From a virus (lineage: Duplodnaviria; Caudoviricetes), in the IMG/VR virus record IMGVR_UViG_3300050821_003608, positions 466 to 64,465 of that record: a stretch of 64,000 nt of DNA; one strand, written 5' to 3'. The position numbers and the translations under genes were made by a program. The notes beneath the pieces are model-generated. The model did no database searches and was not told the DNA's origin. It worked only from the letters and a program-made list of their open reading frames with translations. Shown here in pieces: positions 28,250 to 36,842 of the stretch; the stretch's first letter is position 1, and each line of letters opens with the position of its first letter.

Positions 28250-28743
28250 CGCGCGGGGAGGAGCTAGTTCAGGCGCAGGACTATGCGAAGTGGATGGTGC
28301 TGCGCATCGTCCGGGACGAGGAGGACGCCAGGGACGTGCTGCAAACGGCCACGGTCAAGGCACTGGTAGCCTTGCGCGAGGGGAGATTCCGCGGGGACTG
28401 CTCGCTCAAGACGTGGTTCTCGACGATCGCGCAGAACGAGGCCAAGATGGTGCTCAGGGGCAGGCTGGGTGCGAAGGGGACTAGACAGTTTTTGTCATTC
28501 GACGAGGGGGACGGGGCCGAGGTGGAGCAGCTTCGGTCTGAGGAAGTGTCGCCGCTGGAGCGGGTGGTGCAGGGCGAGGTGGTGGCGAGGGTGAGGCACG
28601 CGATAGCGAGGCTCTCCCCGCTGATGAGGGAGGAAGCCGGGAGATGGCTGGCCGGCGACAAGGTAGGCGCAGATGGAAGGCGGAAGGCCAGGCGGCATCA
28701 CGCCAGGGTCAGGCTGAGGGAACTATTGAGTGTGGTCCAATGA
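28246..28743 (+). CDS. ECF-type RNA polymerase sigma factor
   Basis: Region 2 DEEDARDVLQ...FRGDCSLKTWFSTIAQN; AIARLSP; region 4 degenerate. Confidence 0.8.
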   Translation: MTRGEELVQAQDYAKWMVLRIVRDEEDARDVLQTATVKALVALREGRFRGDCSLKTWFSTIAQNEAKMVLRGRLGAKGTRQFLSFDEGDGAEVEQLRSEEVSPLERVVQGEVVARVRHAIARLSPLMREEAGRWLAGDKVGADGRRKARRHHARVRLRELLSVVQ

Positions 28744-28955
28744 GGACGCGAGGGACGAGGCTCTATGTGGAAGGGAAGCACGCACGGGATGCGTGGTGGA
28801 CGAGGGTGTACTGGGTGCCCGTGTTCAGCATGAAGGCGGCCGAGAGGTGGATACCAGTGGCCGATGGGATGACCGTCCCAGGGGAGAGGACGAGGGAAGG
28901 TCTAGGGAGACTACTTCGCATCCGCACGATATGCCAGATGGAGCGGGTCCAGTGA
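28740..28955 (+). CDS. Hypothetical protein
   Basis: ATGA-coupled to the sigma gene. Confidence 0.5.
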   Translation: MRTRGTRLYVEGKHARDAWWTRVYWVPVFSMKAAERWIPVADGMTVPGERTREGLGRLLRIRTICQMERVQ

Positions 28956-29016
28956 CACGTCGGGCTTGGTGGTTCGTGGCGTTGGTGATTTTGGCTGTTT
29001 TGGAGTTGCTCTAAGG

Positions 29017-29865
29017 TCAACTAGGGGGCGACGGAACCGGTGGGACGGTCGAAATCCACACAAACTCACTCTCAGGTGTCTGTGGTCCGTGCGATTTAGT
29101 GTGCCGGAAGCACCCAGGAACCTTGCACAAGGGCTCAGGGGGAGGATCTTGGGTACTACCAACGGAAAAGTTATCCGGTAAGGTGTCTTTCTCTATACCG
29201 GATAACTTTATGTCCTTACGTCCTTGTTGTGAGAGTCCTTGGAAGAACAACACACGTTTGGATAGTTCCAATTCGGCCCGGAGAGAGTAGTTGGTAGGGA
29301 GGTCGGGAGCTAGGACGAGCCGGAGACGCTCGAAGAAGTCCACCTTGGGGTGGGATGAGACTTGGAGGGAGTAGTCGTGGGAGCGGAGCAGTTCGATGGT
29401 CGGAGTCGGGATGGAGTGGATCGAGGCGAGCAGGAGGACCTTGTGGACGAGCCGGCCACCCTCGGGACAGCCCAGCTTGGACAGGATGGGTCCGAGCGGC
29501 GCCAAGAGGGAGCGGATTAGCTTGCCGTCTCCTTCAAAGCGCAGGATCGTGAAGTTCTCCGGGCAGATGAGGTGAAGCTTGCGGTACTTTTCATACTCGG
29601 CCGTGGCGAGGAGCTGGGAACAGTGGATGCACCCGCGGCGCTTACAAGCGGAGATGTTCTGTTTGTACCTGCCTTTGGGGGTGTCGTGCGTCCGCCAGAT
29701 GGTCGAGCAGTTGTCGAGCTTGGCGGCGATCTTGAGGTGGCGCTCGCAGCCAGGGTCGAGGTCGTAGATAAACTGAGCGTAAGACTTGGTGAAGGTGGGG
29801 ACTTGGACGACGTTGCAGAGTTCGTGGAGTTGGGCCAACGTGGGAACGAACTGGTGTGTGGACAT
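29017..29865 (-). CDS. Zinc-binding Rep/IS91-like (HUH-related) protein, putative replication initiator
   Basis: AGGAGAGG RBS; KLDNC...ACKRRGCIHCS, FTILRF, GRLVHKVLLL. It is the only reversed gene in the region. Confidence 0.5.
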   Translation of the reverse strand: MSTHQFVPTLAQLHELCNVVQVPTFTKSYAQFIYDLDPGCERHLKIAAKLDNCSTIWRTHDTPKGRYKQNISACKRRGCIHCSQLLATAEYEKYRKLHLICPENFTILRFEGDGKLIRSLLAPLGPILSKLGCPEGGRLVHKVLLLASIHSIPTPTIELLRSHDYSLQVSSHPKVDFFERLRLVLAPDLPTNYSLRAELELSKRVLFFQGLSQQGRKDIKLSGIEKDTLPDNFSVGSTQDPPPEPLCKVPGCFRHTKSHGPQTPESEFVWISTVPPVPSPPS

Positions 29866-30138
29866 AGGTAGTAGTCCTCTCCTGTGGACACAAGATAGGA
29901 GAGGGGCCGGGGTGTCCACTCCCCGGCCCTTCTGAGAGGTCGAATCGCTCCCGAAGGAGTGCCCGCCCAGCCTCGGGTGGAGATTCGCATAGGTGGGCTG
30001 GTGGCTGTCAAGTAAAAAGTGAGGCTTAGTGAAAAATAATTTAGAGGCTCATCCTACGTAAATACTAGTCATAATTAGACTTGCAGGCGGAGTGCTCGGG
30101 AGATGCTGGCGGGAGGACGCAAGTAACAAAAATAATGC

Positions 30139-30167
30139 TTGACAAGCATTCGGACTTTTGCTAAAAA
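30139..30167 (+). promoter_or_regulatory. Sigma70-type promoter of the replication operon
   Basis: TTGACA-17 nt-TAAAAA with TG extension and A-rich upstream element. Confidence 0.55.
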
Positions 30168-30197
30168 CGAGCCGTTGGCTCGCAATGGAGGTGGACA

Positions 30198-31721
30198 GTG
30201 GAGTGGAGCGCATACCAGAGCGACATTTTCAGGTGGATCGAGGAGAGTCGGGACAGCCTCATCATCGAAGCCGTCGCCGGCTCAGGCAAGACCACGACCA
30301 TCGTCGAGGCCATCAAGCACGTCCCTCCCGAGCAGTCGGTCGTGTTCCTTGCGTTCAACAAGAGCATCGCCGAGGAGCTGAAGCGTAGGGTGACTCAGCC
30401 TAACGCTAAGTGTATGACTTTGCACAGCTTAGGGTTGAGCGCGTGGAAGCAGGCGCTCACTTGGGACGCCCAAGGACTGAACATCGACGGCAAGAAGATC
30501 AGGAACATCATCGACGAGATGGAACTGGAATGGGGGAAGTGGACCAAGGAGATGACCAAGTTGGTCGGGCTCGCCAAGGGCGGAGGGATAGTCCCGAAGG
30601 GATTGGAGGTCAAGTATTCCGGGCTAGTCGAGGACTCCGAGGACGTGTGGGAGGATCTGATGGAGCTGTACGACATCGACCCCGACCAAGTGGACCTTGG
30701 GCTTGTCAGGGAAGTGCTCACGCGCTCGATCGAGCAAGCGCGGGAGGTGATTGATTTTGATGACATGTTGTACATGCCGGTCATCGCGGGGGCGGAGTTT
30801 CAGAAGGCCGACGTGGTGTTTCTGGACGAGGCGCAGGACGTGAACGGGATTCAGGCCGAGATTGTGTCGAGGATGCTCCTACCGGAGTCGCGCGTAGTGG
30901 CCGTGGGCGATCCCAACCAAGCCATCTACGGCTTCCGCGGCGCACTGTCGGACTCCATGCACCAGATTGGAAGGAGATTCCACTGCACGTCCCTCCCGCT
31001 GAGTGTGAGCTATCGCTGCCCGAAGTCGGTGGTGGCGAAGGCGAGGGAGTGGGTCAGCCACATCCTGCCGCATGAGGATTCGATCGAGGGCATCGTGGAG
31101 GACGCGGGGGACTGGCGAGTGGGGGACTTCCGGCCGGGGGACGCCATCCTCTGTAGGAACGCTCGACCGGTGGTCGCCATTGCGTTCCTCCTGATAAGGA
31201 ACAAGGTCGCCGCGAGAGTGGTCGGAAGGGACATCGGACAAGGCTTGGTCAGCCTCATCAATAAGATGAAGGCCTCGACGATCCTCGACCTCGACGAACG
31301 ACTCAGCAAGTATCGGAAGCGCGAAGTCGAGCGCGCGAAGGGGAAGGAAGCCAAGATTGGCGCTCTGGACGACAAGCTCGACACCATCAGAGTGTTCATG
31401 GACGAGGCCGGGCCGCACGCGGGCATCGGGACGCTCATCCAAAGTATCGAGGGCTTGTTCGGCGACGGCGCGGACATGCGCGGCATGGTCACCTGCTCGA
31501 CGGTGCACAAAGCGAAAGGGATGGAGTGGGATCGGGTGTTCGTGCTGGACGCAGACACGCTGATGCCGTCGAGGTGGGCGCGGCAAGCGTGGGAGATGCA
31601 GCAGGAGGACAATCTCTGTTACGTCGCCGCGACGAGGGCCAAGAAGGAGTTACGGTACGTGTCGTCCGAGGGGCTAGGGATAGAGAGGAGGGAGCGTGCC
31701 GCATCGACCGAGAATGCCTAG
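30198..31721 (+). CDS. UvrD/Rep-like SF1A helicase
   Basis: AVAGSGKTT, LAFN, LDEAQD, VGDPNQAIYGFRGA, STVHKAKGMEWD, YVAATRAK. Confidence 0.93.
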   Translation: MEWSAYQSDIFRWIEESRDSLIIEAVAGSGKTTTIVEAIKHVPPEQSVVFLAFNKSIAEELKRRVTQPNAKCMTLHSLGLSAWKQALTWDAQGLNIDGKKIRNIIDEMELEWGKWTKEMTKLVGLAKGGGIVPKGLEVKYSGLVEDSEDVWEDLMELYDIDPDQVDLGLVREVLTRSIEQAREVIDFDDMLYMPVIAGAEFQKADVVFLDEAQDVNGIQAEIVSRMLLPESRVVAVGDPNQAIYGFRGALSDSMHQIGRRFHCTSLPLSVSYRCPKSVVAKAREWVSHILPHEDSIEGIVEDAGDWRVGDFRPGDAILCRNARPVVAIAFLLIRNKVAARVVGRDIGQGLVSLINKMKASTILDLDERLSKYRKREVERAKGKEAKIGALDDKLDTIRVFMDEAGPHAGIGTLIQSIEGLFGDGADMRGMVTCSTVHKAKGMEWDRVFVLDADTLMPSRWARQAWEMQQEDNLCYVAATRAKKELRYVSSEGLGIERRERAASTENA

Positions 31722-32079
31722 GCCACGGTGGCAGGGGAGCCGGCCGCTCAAGCTCATCACCGTGAGGATCGTGCCGAAGGAGGGCGAGGGGGTGGAGGAG
31801 AAACTCCCATTCCACGCGCCCGATGGGAGGTACTGGGCTGAGGAGAGCGTCGAGGAAGTCCTCGACCGGGTGATTGACTATCTCGATGGGAAGTATCCAG
31901 CTTGGGAGTTTCGGTTGGTGGCACTGAAGGGCGGAGGGCAGTTCAATTTTGTGTATGATGGGCCGCGGGCGCCCAGTGCGCTGGCGGAAGTCATGGCGAA
32001 GAGGGAAGGGAAGGTGGACAGTGAGAGCGAAGGTGATTCGAGTGGAGTCGGGGGAATCGTTCACGGACAAGGAACGTAG
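31696..32079 (+). CDS. Hypothetical protein
   Basis: GAGGAG RBS. Confidence 0.6.
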   Translation: MPHRPRMPRPRWQGSRPLKLITVRIVPKEGEGVEEKLPFHAPDGRYWAEESVEEVLDRVIDYLDGKYPAWEFRLVALKGGGQFNFVYDGPRAPSALAEVMAKREGKVDSESEGDSSGVGGIVHGQGT

Positions 32080-32224
32080 GTACACGTTCCAGTTTGCGAC
32101 AGCCGAGAGGTTCGGGCAGAACACGGTGACATTCTGCGAGAGCGCACTGCCGTCCGAGTTGCGCGGGTTGGAACTCGACTATGAGGTGGACGTGGTGATG
32201 GTTCCGGTGGGGGTCAGGACATGA
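32021..32224 (+). CDS. Small OB-fold-like hypothetical protein
   Basis: GTG start; beta-rich; coupled to the next gene. Confidence 0.5.
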   Translation: MRAKVIRVESGESFTDKERRYTFQFATAERFGQNTVTFCESALPSELRGLELDYEVDVVMVPVGVRT

Positions 32225-33768
32225 CGCAGAGAGTGTTCACCGATAGATCGCGCATCGAAACCCACCAGCGATGCCCGAGGCTAAGATGGCTGGAGTATCA
32301 CTCCGGCGAGGCGAGGATGGGCGTCGTCAGCGCGAGGAAGCCACTCCCTCTCGCGGTGGGAGGCTCGGTCCACGCTGGGCTGGCCGTCCTGCTCCAATGC
32401 ACGATGGGCATCCCCCTCGGCGAGCTGTCGTTTGAGTTAGCCGAGTTGAAGGCAGTCCGAGCGGCGCTCGCGGACTTCTCTACCTTCGCCAACGCGCTCG
32501 ACATCGACACCTCCGAGCAGGCCGCGTTCTTGGCCACGACCACGGACCCTTCGTTGAAGGAGATGCACGAGGGGATAGTGAGGCGAGCGAAGTCGGACTT
32601 TGACCTCTATCTGTACACGGAGCAGGCGGCGTTGGTCGAGGGGATGGTTCGCGCGTATGCGAGGCGGCGCCTGCGGCCACTGTTGGAGCAGTATGAGGTG
32701 CTGGAGGTGGAGCGGGAGGGGCAGTGGGAACTGCACGAAAGCGAACAGGATTTCAGTTACCCTGGTGGTCGTCGTCCCGCCGTGTGGTTCATGTCCCGCC
32801 CCGACGCGCTCCTGCTCGAACGGGACTCGCGCCAGCTCTACATCCTGAGCTTCAAGACCGCCGGCGGGTGGGACATCCGCAAGGCGAGGGACGCCGAGCA
32901 TGACATGCAGGGGCTCGGTGAGGGCGTGGAGGTCGAGAAGCGGCTCGCTCGACACTGGGAGGTCATCCAGCAAGTCAAGAAGCGACTCCCGGAGGGACAG
33001 GACGTTCTGGAAGTGGCGGTCGGGAAGGAAGTCCTCTCGGGAGCAATGCTCGACTTCCTGAAGCGGTCCCCGGCGCCGCCGCGTATCCTCGGCATCCGAT
33101 ACGAGTACATGTTGAAGGGTGATCGGTGGGTAGACAAGGACTTGAGCGCGAAGCTGGGCGTCGAGGTCCGCTCCCAGCGCAGTCCGCTCGTCCGCGGCTA
33201 TCTCAATCAGGGAATGACCTCGGGGGACGAGCAGTGGAATGTGTCTTGGGACTACGTGAAGGAGGACGGCACCTCGTCGAAGCTGTACTGGAAGAACTGG
33301 AAGTCCTCGCCCGTGTGGGAGCATCAGACCATGAGGGAATGGATTGACAAGCTCGACGCAACGGTGATGACCGTCGGGGAAGAGAATCACGAGCTAGGAT
33401 TCTCCTGCCCAGCGCAATCGACCGGGTTCCTAGCGACGCATCCTCTCGATGACATCTTCATCCCTCCGATCGTGGTGTACCGGAACGACGACGACCTACG
33501 GGACTGGGTGGAGCAGATCGAGGCGCAGGAACGTAGGGTGGCTGAGGGGGTCCAAGCTGTACGGGCCGCGGGCAGTGCGGACGAGGAGCGGTCCATGCTG
33601 AACGTACACTTCCCGATGACGAGACGAGCCTGTGAATATCCAACTACTTGTTCCATGTCGAGATTATGCTATGGAGGAGAGGACATCCGGCGGGATCCGC
33701 TCGGGTCGGGGCTGTACTCGATTCGCAAGGCCAATCATCCGCAGGAGGTGGCTAGTGATAAGTCTTAG
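32221..33768 (+). CDS. PD-(D/E)XK nuclease, Cas4/AddB-like
   Basis: SRIETHQRCPR, GGSVH, SRPDALL, ILSFKT, C-terminal C-x5-C-x5-C. Confidence 0.8.
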   Translation: MTQRVFTDRSRIETHQRCPRLRWLEYHSGEARMGVVSARKPLPLAVGGSVHAGLAVLLQCTMGIPLGELSFELAELKAVRAALADFSTFANALDIDTSEQAAFLATTTDPSLKEMHEGIVRRAKSDFDLYLYTEQAALVEGMVRAYARRRLRPLLEQYEVLEVEREGQWELHESEQDFSYPGGRRPAVWFMSRPDALLLERDSRQLYILSFKTAGGWDIRKARDAEHDMQGLGEGVEVEKRLARHWEVIQQVKKRLPEGQDVLEVAVGKEVLSGAMLDFLKRSPAPPRILGIRYEYMLKGDRWVDKDLSAKLGVEVRSQRSPLVRGYLNQGMTSGDEQWNVSWDYVKEDGTSSKLYWKNWKSSPVWEHQTMREWIDKLDATVMTVGEENHELGFSCPAQSTGFLATHPLDDIFIPPIVVYRNDDDLRDWVEQIEAQERRVAEGVQAVRAAGSADEERSMLNVHFPMTRRACEYPTTCSMSRLCYGGEDIRRDPLGSGLYSIRKANHPQEVASDKS

Positions 33769-33973
33769 TGGTGCGTTCATCACGCGGTTCGAGGAAGAGG
33801 AAGAAATCGCCCGGCGCATGTCGCATGGTGGCCGTCGCGAACGCGTGGAGTTGTTCGTCGAGGCCATGAAGTACGAGTTGGCGAAAGTGCTGATGCCGGA
33901 GGTGGTGCCCAATGCCACGATCTCGCTCCCCCAAAGTGGGGCATCCTCCGCACAGCAACCGAAGGAACAGTAG
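33755..33973 (+). CDS. Hypothetical protein
   Basis: GGAGG RBS, GTG start. Confidence 0.5.
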   Translation: MISLSGAFITRFEEEEEIARRMSHGGRRERVELFVEAMKYELAKVLMPEVVPNATISLPQSGASSAQQPKEQ

Positions 33974-34208
33974 GAACGAGGCTATCTCGCTCCGGGCCTT
34001 GCTGGTGTCGGCTTGTCGCGTCTTGGAGGAGTATTACCCGGAGATGATGCCTCTGCACGTCAAGGAGTGGTGGGCGGCACACAAGAGCATGACGACGAGG
34101 AAGAGAGAGATGAAGCAGGACGCGGAGGCCGCGAGACTTACCTCGGTACTGTCCGAGATGAAGGAGATGGACGAGGATTTCGACAAAATAGTTGAAGATT
34201 TCTCTTGA
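33912..34208 (+). CDS. Hypothetical protein
   Basis: EWWAAHK motif and coiled-coil end. Confidence 0.55.
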   Translation: MPRSRSPKVGHPPHSNRRNSRNEAISLRALLVSACRVLEEYYPEMMPLHVKEWWAAHKSMTTRKREMKQDAEAARLTSVLSEMKEMDEDFDKIVEDFS

Positions 34209-34233
34209 CAGGATTTCGACTTGGACGTAAAGT
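34205..34233 (+). promoter_or_regulatory. Sigma70-type promoter
   Basis: TTGACA-17 nt-TAAAGT. Confidence 0.65.
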
Positions 34234-34271
34234 TCGCAGGCTGACCAACGGTTGATAAACGGATTACGACA

Positions 34272-34448
34272 ATGAAAAAGCGCAAATGCGCCGAATGCAA
34301 ACGTGTCTTCAAGCCGGTTCGCGAGTATCAACTGTACTGCTCGCGGCGGTGCAAGAACCGCGCCGGATCACGTAGGCTGCGGGAACGGGCCAAGAATTAC
34401 GTGGAGATGGTGGCGGAGCACGGAGGGGTGATGGGAGGGAATGACTGA
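34272..34448 (+). CDS. Small zinc-finger protein (CGNR-like, 58 aa)
   Basis: Manual translation MKKRKCAECKRVF...YCSRRCKNRA; TGATG overlap with the next gene. Confidence 0.7.
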   Translation: MKKRKCAECKRVFKPVREYQLYCSRRCKNRAGSRRLRERAKNYVEMVAEHGGVMGGND

Positions 34449-35491
34449 TGGCACGCTCAGGCTGTATCTACTGTCCAACTGGAGCACGCAAGACCTCGCA
34501 GGTGAAGGATTTCGCGCACTACATTGCGAGGAAGACCGGGAAGGCCACGCTCCTGTTATCGACCGACGGCGGGGGATGGGATCCCTGCACTCCCGAGGTC
34601 AACGCGGGGATGATAAAGCCGTATCGCTGCGAAGTGGCCAATATGCCGCTCGTGCTCTTACGAAAAATCAGCCAAGGGTATTGGCCGGTCAATCCCTTGG
34701 AAACCAATCCCGAGCGCATCGACCTCGAACCTATGAACTACGACGAGATTGGAGGCATCGCCGTCGAGGGCTGGTCGTCCATCTCGCAGGTGGTGATGCG
34801 CTACCTGCCCGACCAAGGGATTAGCGTCGGCGGCGAAGACCGCAAGAAGGCCAACTCGAACATGTCCTTCGTCCAGTCCGTGCAGGTGATGGGCCAGTGG
34901 CGGCCCGAGAGCTTCGGGAGCAACACCCGCGGGGACTATGGCTTCGTACAGAATTATCTCTACGGACTAGTGATGAACCTGAACTCACTGCCAGTCGAGT
35001 ACGTTCTCTATACCGCGCTGGAGTCGAAGACCGAGGACGACGACCGCTCGACGACGTTCGGCCCGGCGATCGCGGGGAAGAAGGGAACGCGGGACTGTGG
35101 CGCGTGGGTCGGGGACCTCATTCACGGGCAGGATTACCCTATCGCCAAGAAGATTCAGATGCCTGACCCGGCGGACGCGACCAAGACGATTGAGCTGGAC
35201 CAGATCGACGTGACGGTGCGCTTCCACTTCAGGAAGCATCTCGACCCAGCGACGGGGATTCCATTCCCGGCCAAGCCCAGAGTGACGCCCGAGAAGACCG
35301 AGGCGCTGGAGAAGAGGTTCCCAGGGGGATACTTCGAGCCGTATGTGAAGGATGAGGTCGTGTACGAGGGGTTCGGCACGTACCTCGACGTGGTGGATTC
35401 GCTGGGAGCGATGCAAGCGGATACGCTCAAGGATTGGCGCACGAGGATGGACGCCAAGCTCGGGAGAGTTTCAGCAGGTCAGGGGAAGTAG
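34448..35491 (+). CDS. Sak4/AAA_24-like ATPase (single-strand annealing)
   Basis: N-terminal degenerate P-loop YCPTGARKTS, IAVEG, DYG..Q, GPAIAGKK; lies between a nuclease and an SSB-like gene. Confidence 0.7.
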   Translation: MARSGCIYCPTGARKTSQVKDFAHYIARKTGKATLLLSTDGGGWDPCTPEVNAGMIKPYRCEVANMPLVLLRKISQGYWPVNPLETNPERIDLEPMNYDEIGGIAVEGWSSISQVVMRYLPDQGISVGGEDRKKANSNMSFVQSVQVMGQWRPESFGSNTRGDYGFVQNYLYGLVMNLNSLPVEYVLYTALESKTEDDDRSTTFGPAIAGKKGTRDCGAWVGDLIHGQDYPIAKKIQMPDPADATKTIELDQIDVTVRFHFRKHLDPATGIPFPAKPRVTPEKTEALEKRFPGGYFEPYVKDEVVYEGFGTYLDVVDSLGAMQADTLKDWRTRMDAKLGRVSAGQGK

Positions 35492-35522
35492 AATTTCAAT
35501 CTAATCGAAAAGAGGAAACGAA

Positions 35523-36353
35523 ATGGCAACACCATCGAAACCATGGGAAGTCAGTCAGGGCAGTCAGGGCGGTGCTCCGTCGCAGCCAGGACAGCCAGGG
35601 GAGGCTCCGGTCAACGGCGCCGCACCAGTCTCGTCCGACGTACAGGATGTCATCGACCCGAACGACCCTCGCCTGGTATCAGAAGCCGTGGACGTGAACG
35701 TCGAAGGCGACGCTTACGCGCAGCCCAGTCCGCCGCCGGACGGGAAGTACCGTATCAAACTGAAGCTGGAGGGGATCGAGAAGGCCGACAAGTCGCATCT
35801 CGACTATGAACACACCGCGACGAAGAAGGCGCCCGTGATGCCGTACTTTCACACGCGCATCTCGGCCACCATCATCGACCCGACTGGAAAGTACGACGGC
35901 ATCAAGGTCTACCCGGAGTTCGGCGGCTACGTCGGCACGCTCCAGAACAAGGACCGCTCGACCAAGGTCGCGACGATCCTCGCGCGGCTGAAGCGGCCGG
36001 ACGGCCAGCCATGGGTCAACTCGACGATGAAGATGGACCAGAAGGGCTGGATGGACCTCTTCGTGAAAGCTCTGGCGGGCGAGCCGGAAATCGGCGGCGA
36101 GCTGCAATGGCAAGCGAGCTGCGAACAGTGCGGCAAGGAAGCCAAGGCCGCCAGGGAGCAGGGAAAGGACGCTGCGTACCCCGCGAACGTGAATGGGATG
36201 CATCGGTTCCCGCAGGAGCAGTCGGCAGACAAGCGGAAGTCGGCCGGCCACGGATACTCGTCCGAGGTGAAGTGTCAGAAGGACGCCTCACACGGGTACT
36301 CCAGAGCGCAGGCCCGCATCGTGCGGTTCCTGCACACGCATGAGTTGAAGTAA
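35523..36353 (+). CDS. Putative single-stranded DNA-binding protein
   Basis: PPPDGKYRIKL motif typical of Sak4-associated SSBs; CxxC insert. Confidence 0.55.
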   Translation: MATPSKPWEVSQGSQGGAPSQPGQPGEAPVNGAAPVSSDVQDVIDPNDPRLVSEAVDVNVEGDAYAQPSPPPDGKYRIKLKLEGIEKADKSHLDYEHTATKKAPVMPYFHTRISATIIDPTGKYDGIKVYPEFGGYVGTLQNKDRSTKVATILARLKRPDGQPWVNSTMKMDQKGWMDLFVKALAGEPEIGGELQWQASCEQCGKEAKAAREQGKDAAYPANVNGMHRFPQEQSADKRKSAGHGYSSEVKCQKDASHGYSRAQARIVRFLHTHELK

Positions 36354-36569
36354 GTCGAGTTGGGTGGTGGGAAGGTCGGCTACTTGGCTGACGAGGCTCC
36401 TGGACCAACATCGCAGGAAAGGACGCCACCCTTTTGAGGTTCACGAGAGAGCCCGTATGAAAACTCTACCCCTCCACGGGGAGAGGCTCATGGGCTGGGA
36501 TACGATGGCTCTCTCGTGGGCATGTCTCATCCTCACCATCGAGCCCCACATTTGAAAAAGGAGAACGAT

Positions 36570-36842
36570 ATGGCAGCACGAGGTTCGGCATTGCAACGCG
36601 CGCTCACGTATTTTCGTGAGGCGCAGATCGACGAAGCAAGGGTCGCGTACCAGCTGGCCGAGGAGATTATGACCAAGCGGCTGGATGATGCGGAGAAGGA
36701 CTTCGCTCCATTCAAAGCGAAGGCATCGACACCGAGAAAGCAGCGGAAGACACGGACGCCCAAGACAGGCGCAACCACCGACCACCAGGACGTTCAGGCT
36801 CCTCCAGCACAGGAGCACCGGGAGTCCCTGGCCGACGCATGA
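36570..36842 (+). CDS. Small basic protein
   Basis: AAGGAG RBS. Confidence 0.65.
   Translation: MAARGSALQRALTYFREAQIDEARVAYQLAEEIMTKRLDDAEKDFAPFKAKASTPRKQRKTRTPKTGATTDHQDVQAPPAQEHRESLADA

Noticed and set aside
32221-33768. CRISPR-Cas system suggested by Cas4-like genes
   Set aside because: No repeat-spacer array or other cas genes were seen; stand-alone Cas4-like nucleases are common in phages.
36385-36435. CTGACGAG...GAAA resembling a hammerhead ribozyme core
   Set aside because: Stem II does not close with the required G-C next to GAAA and stems I and III could not be built.
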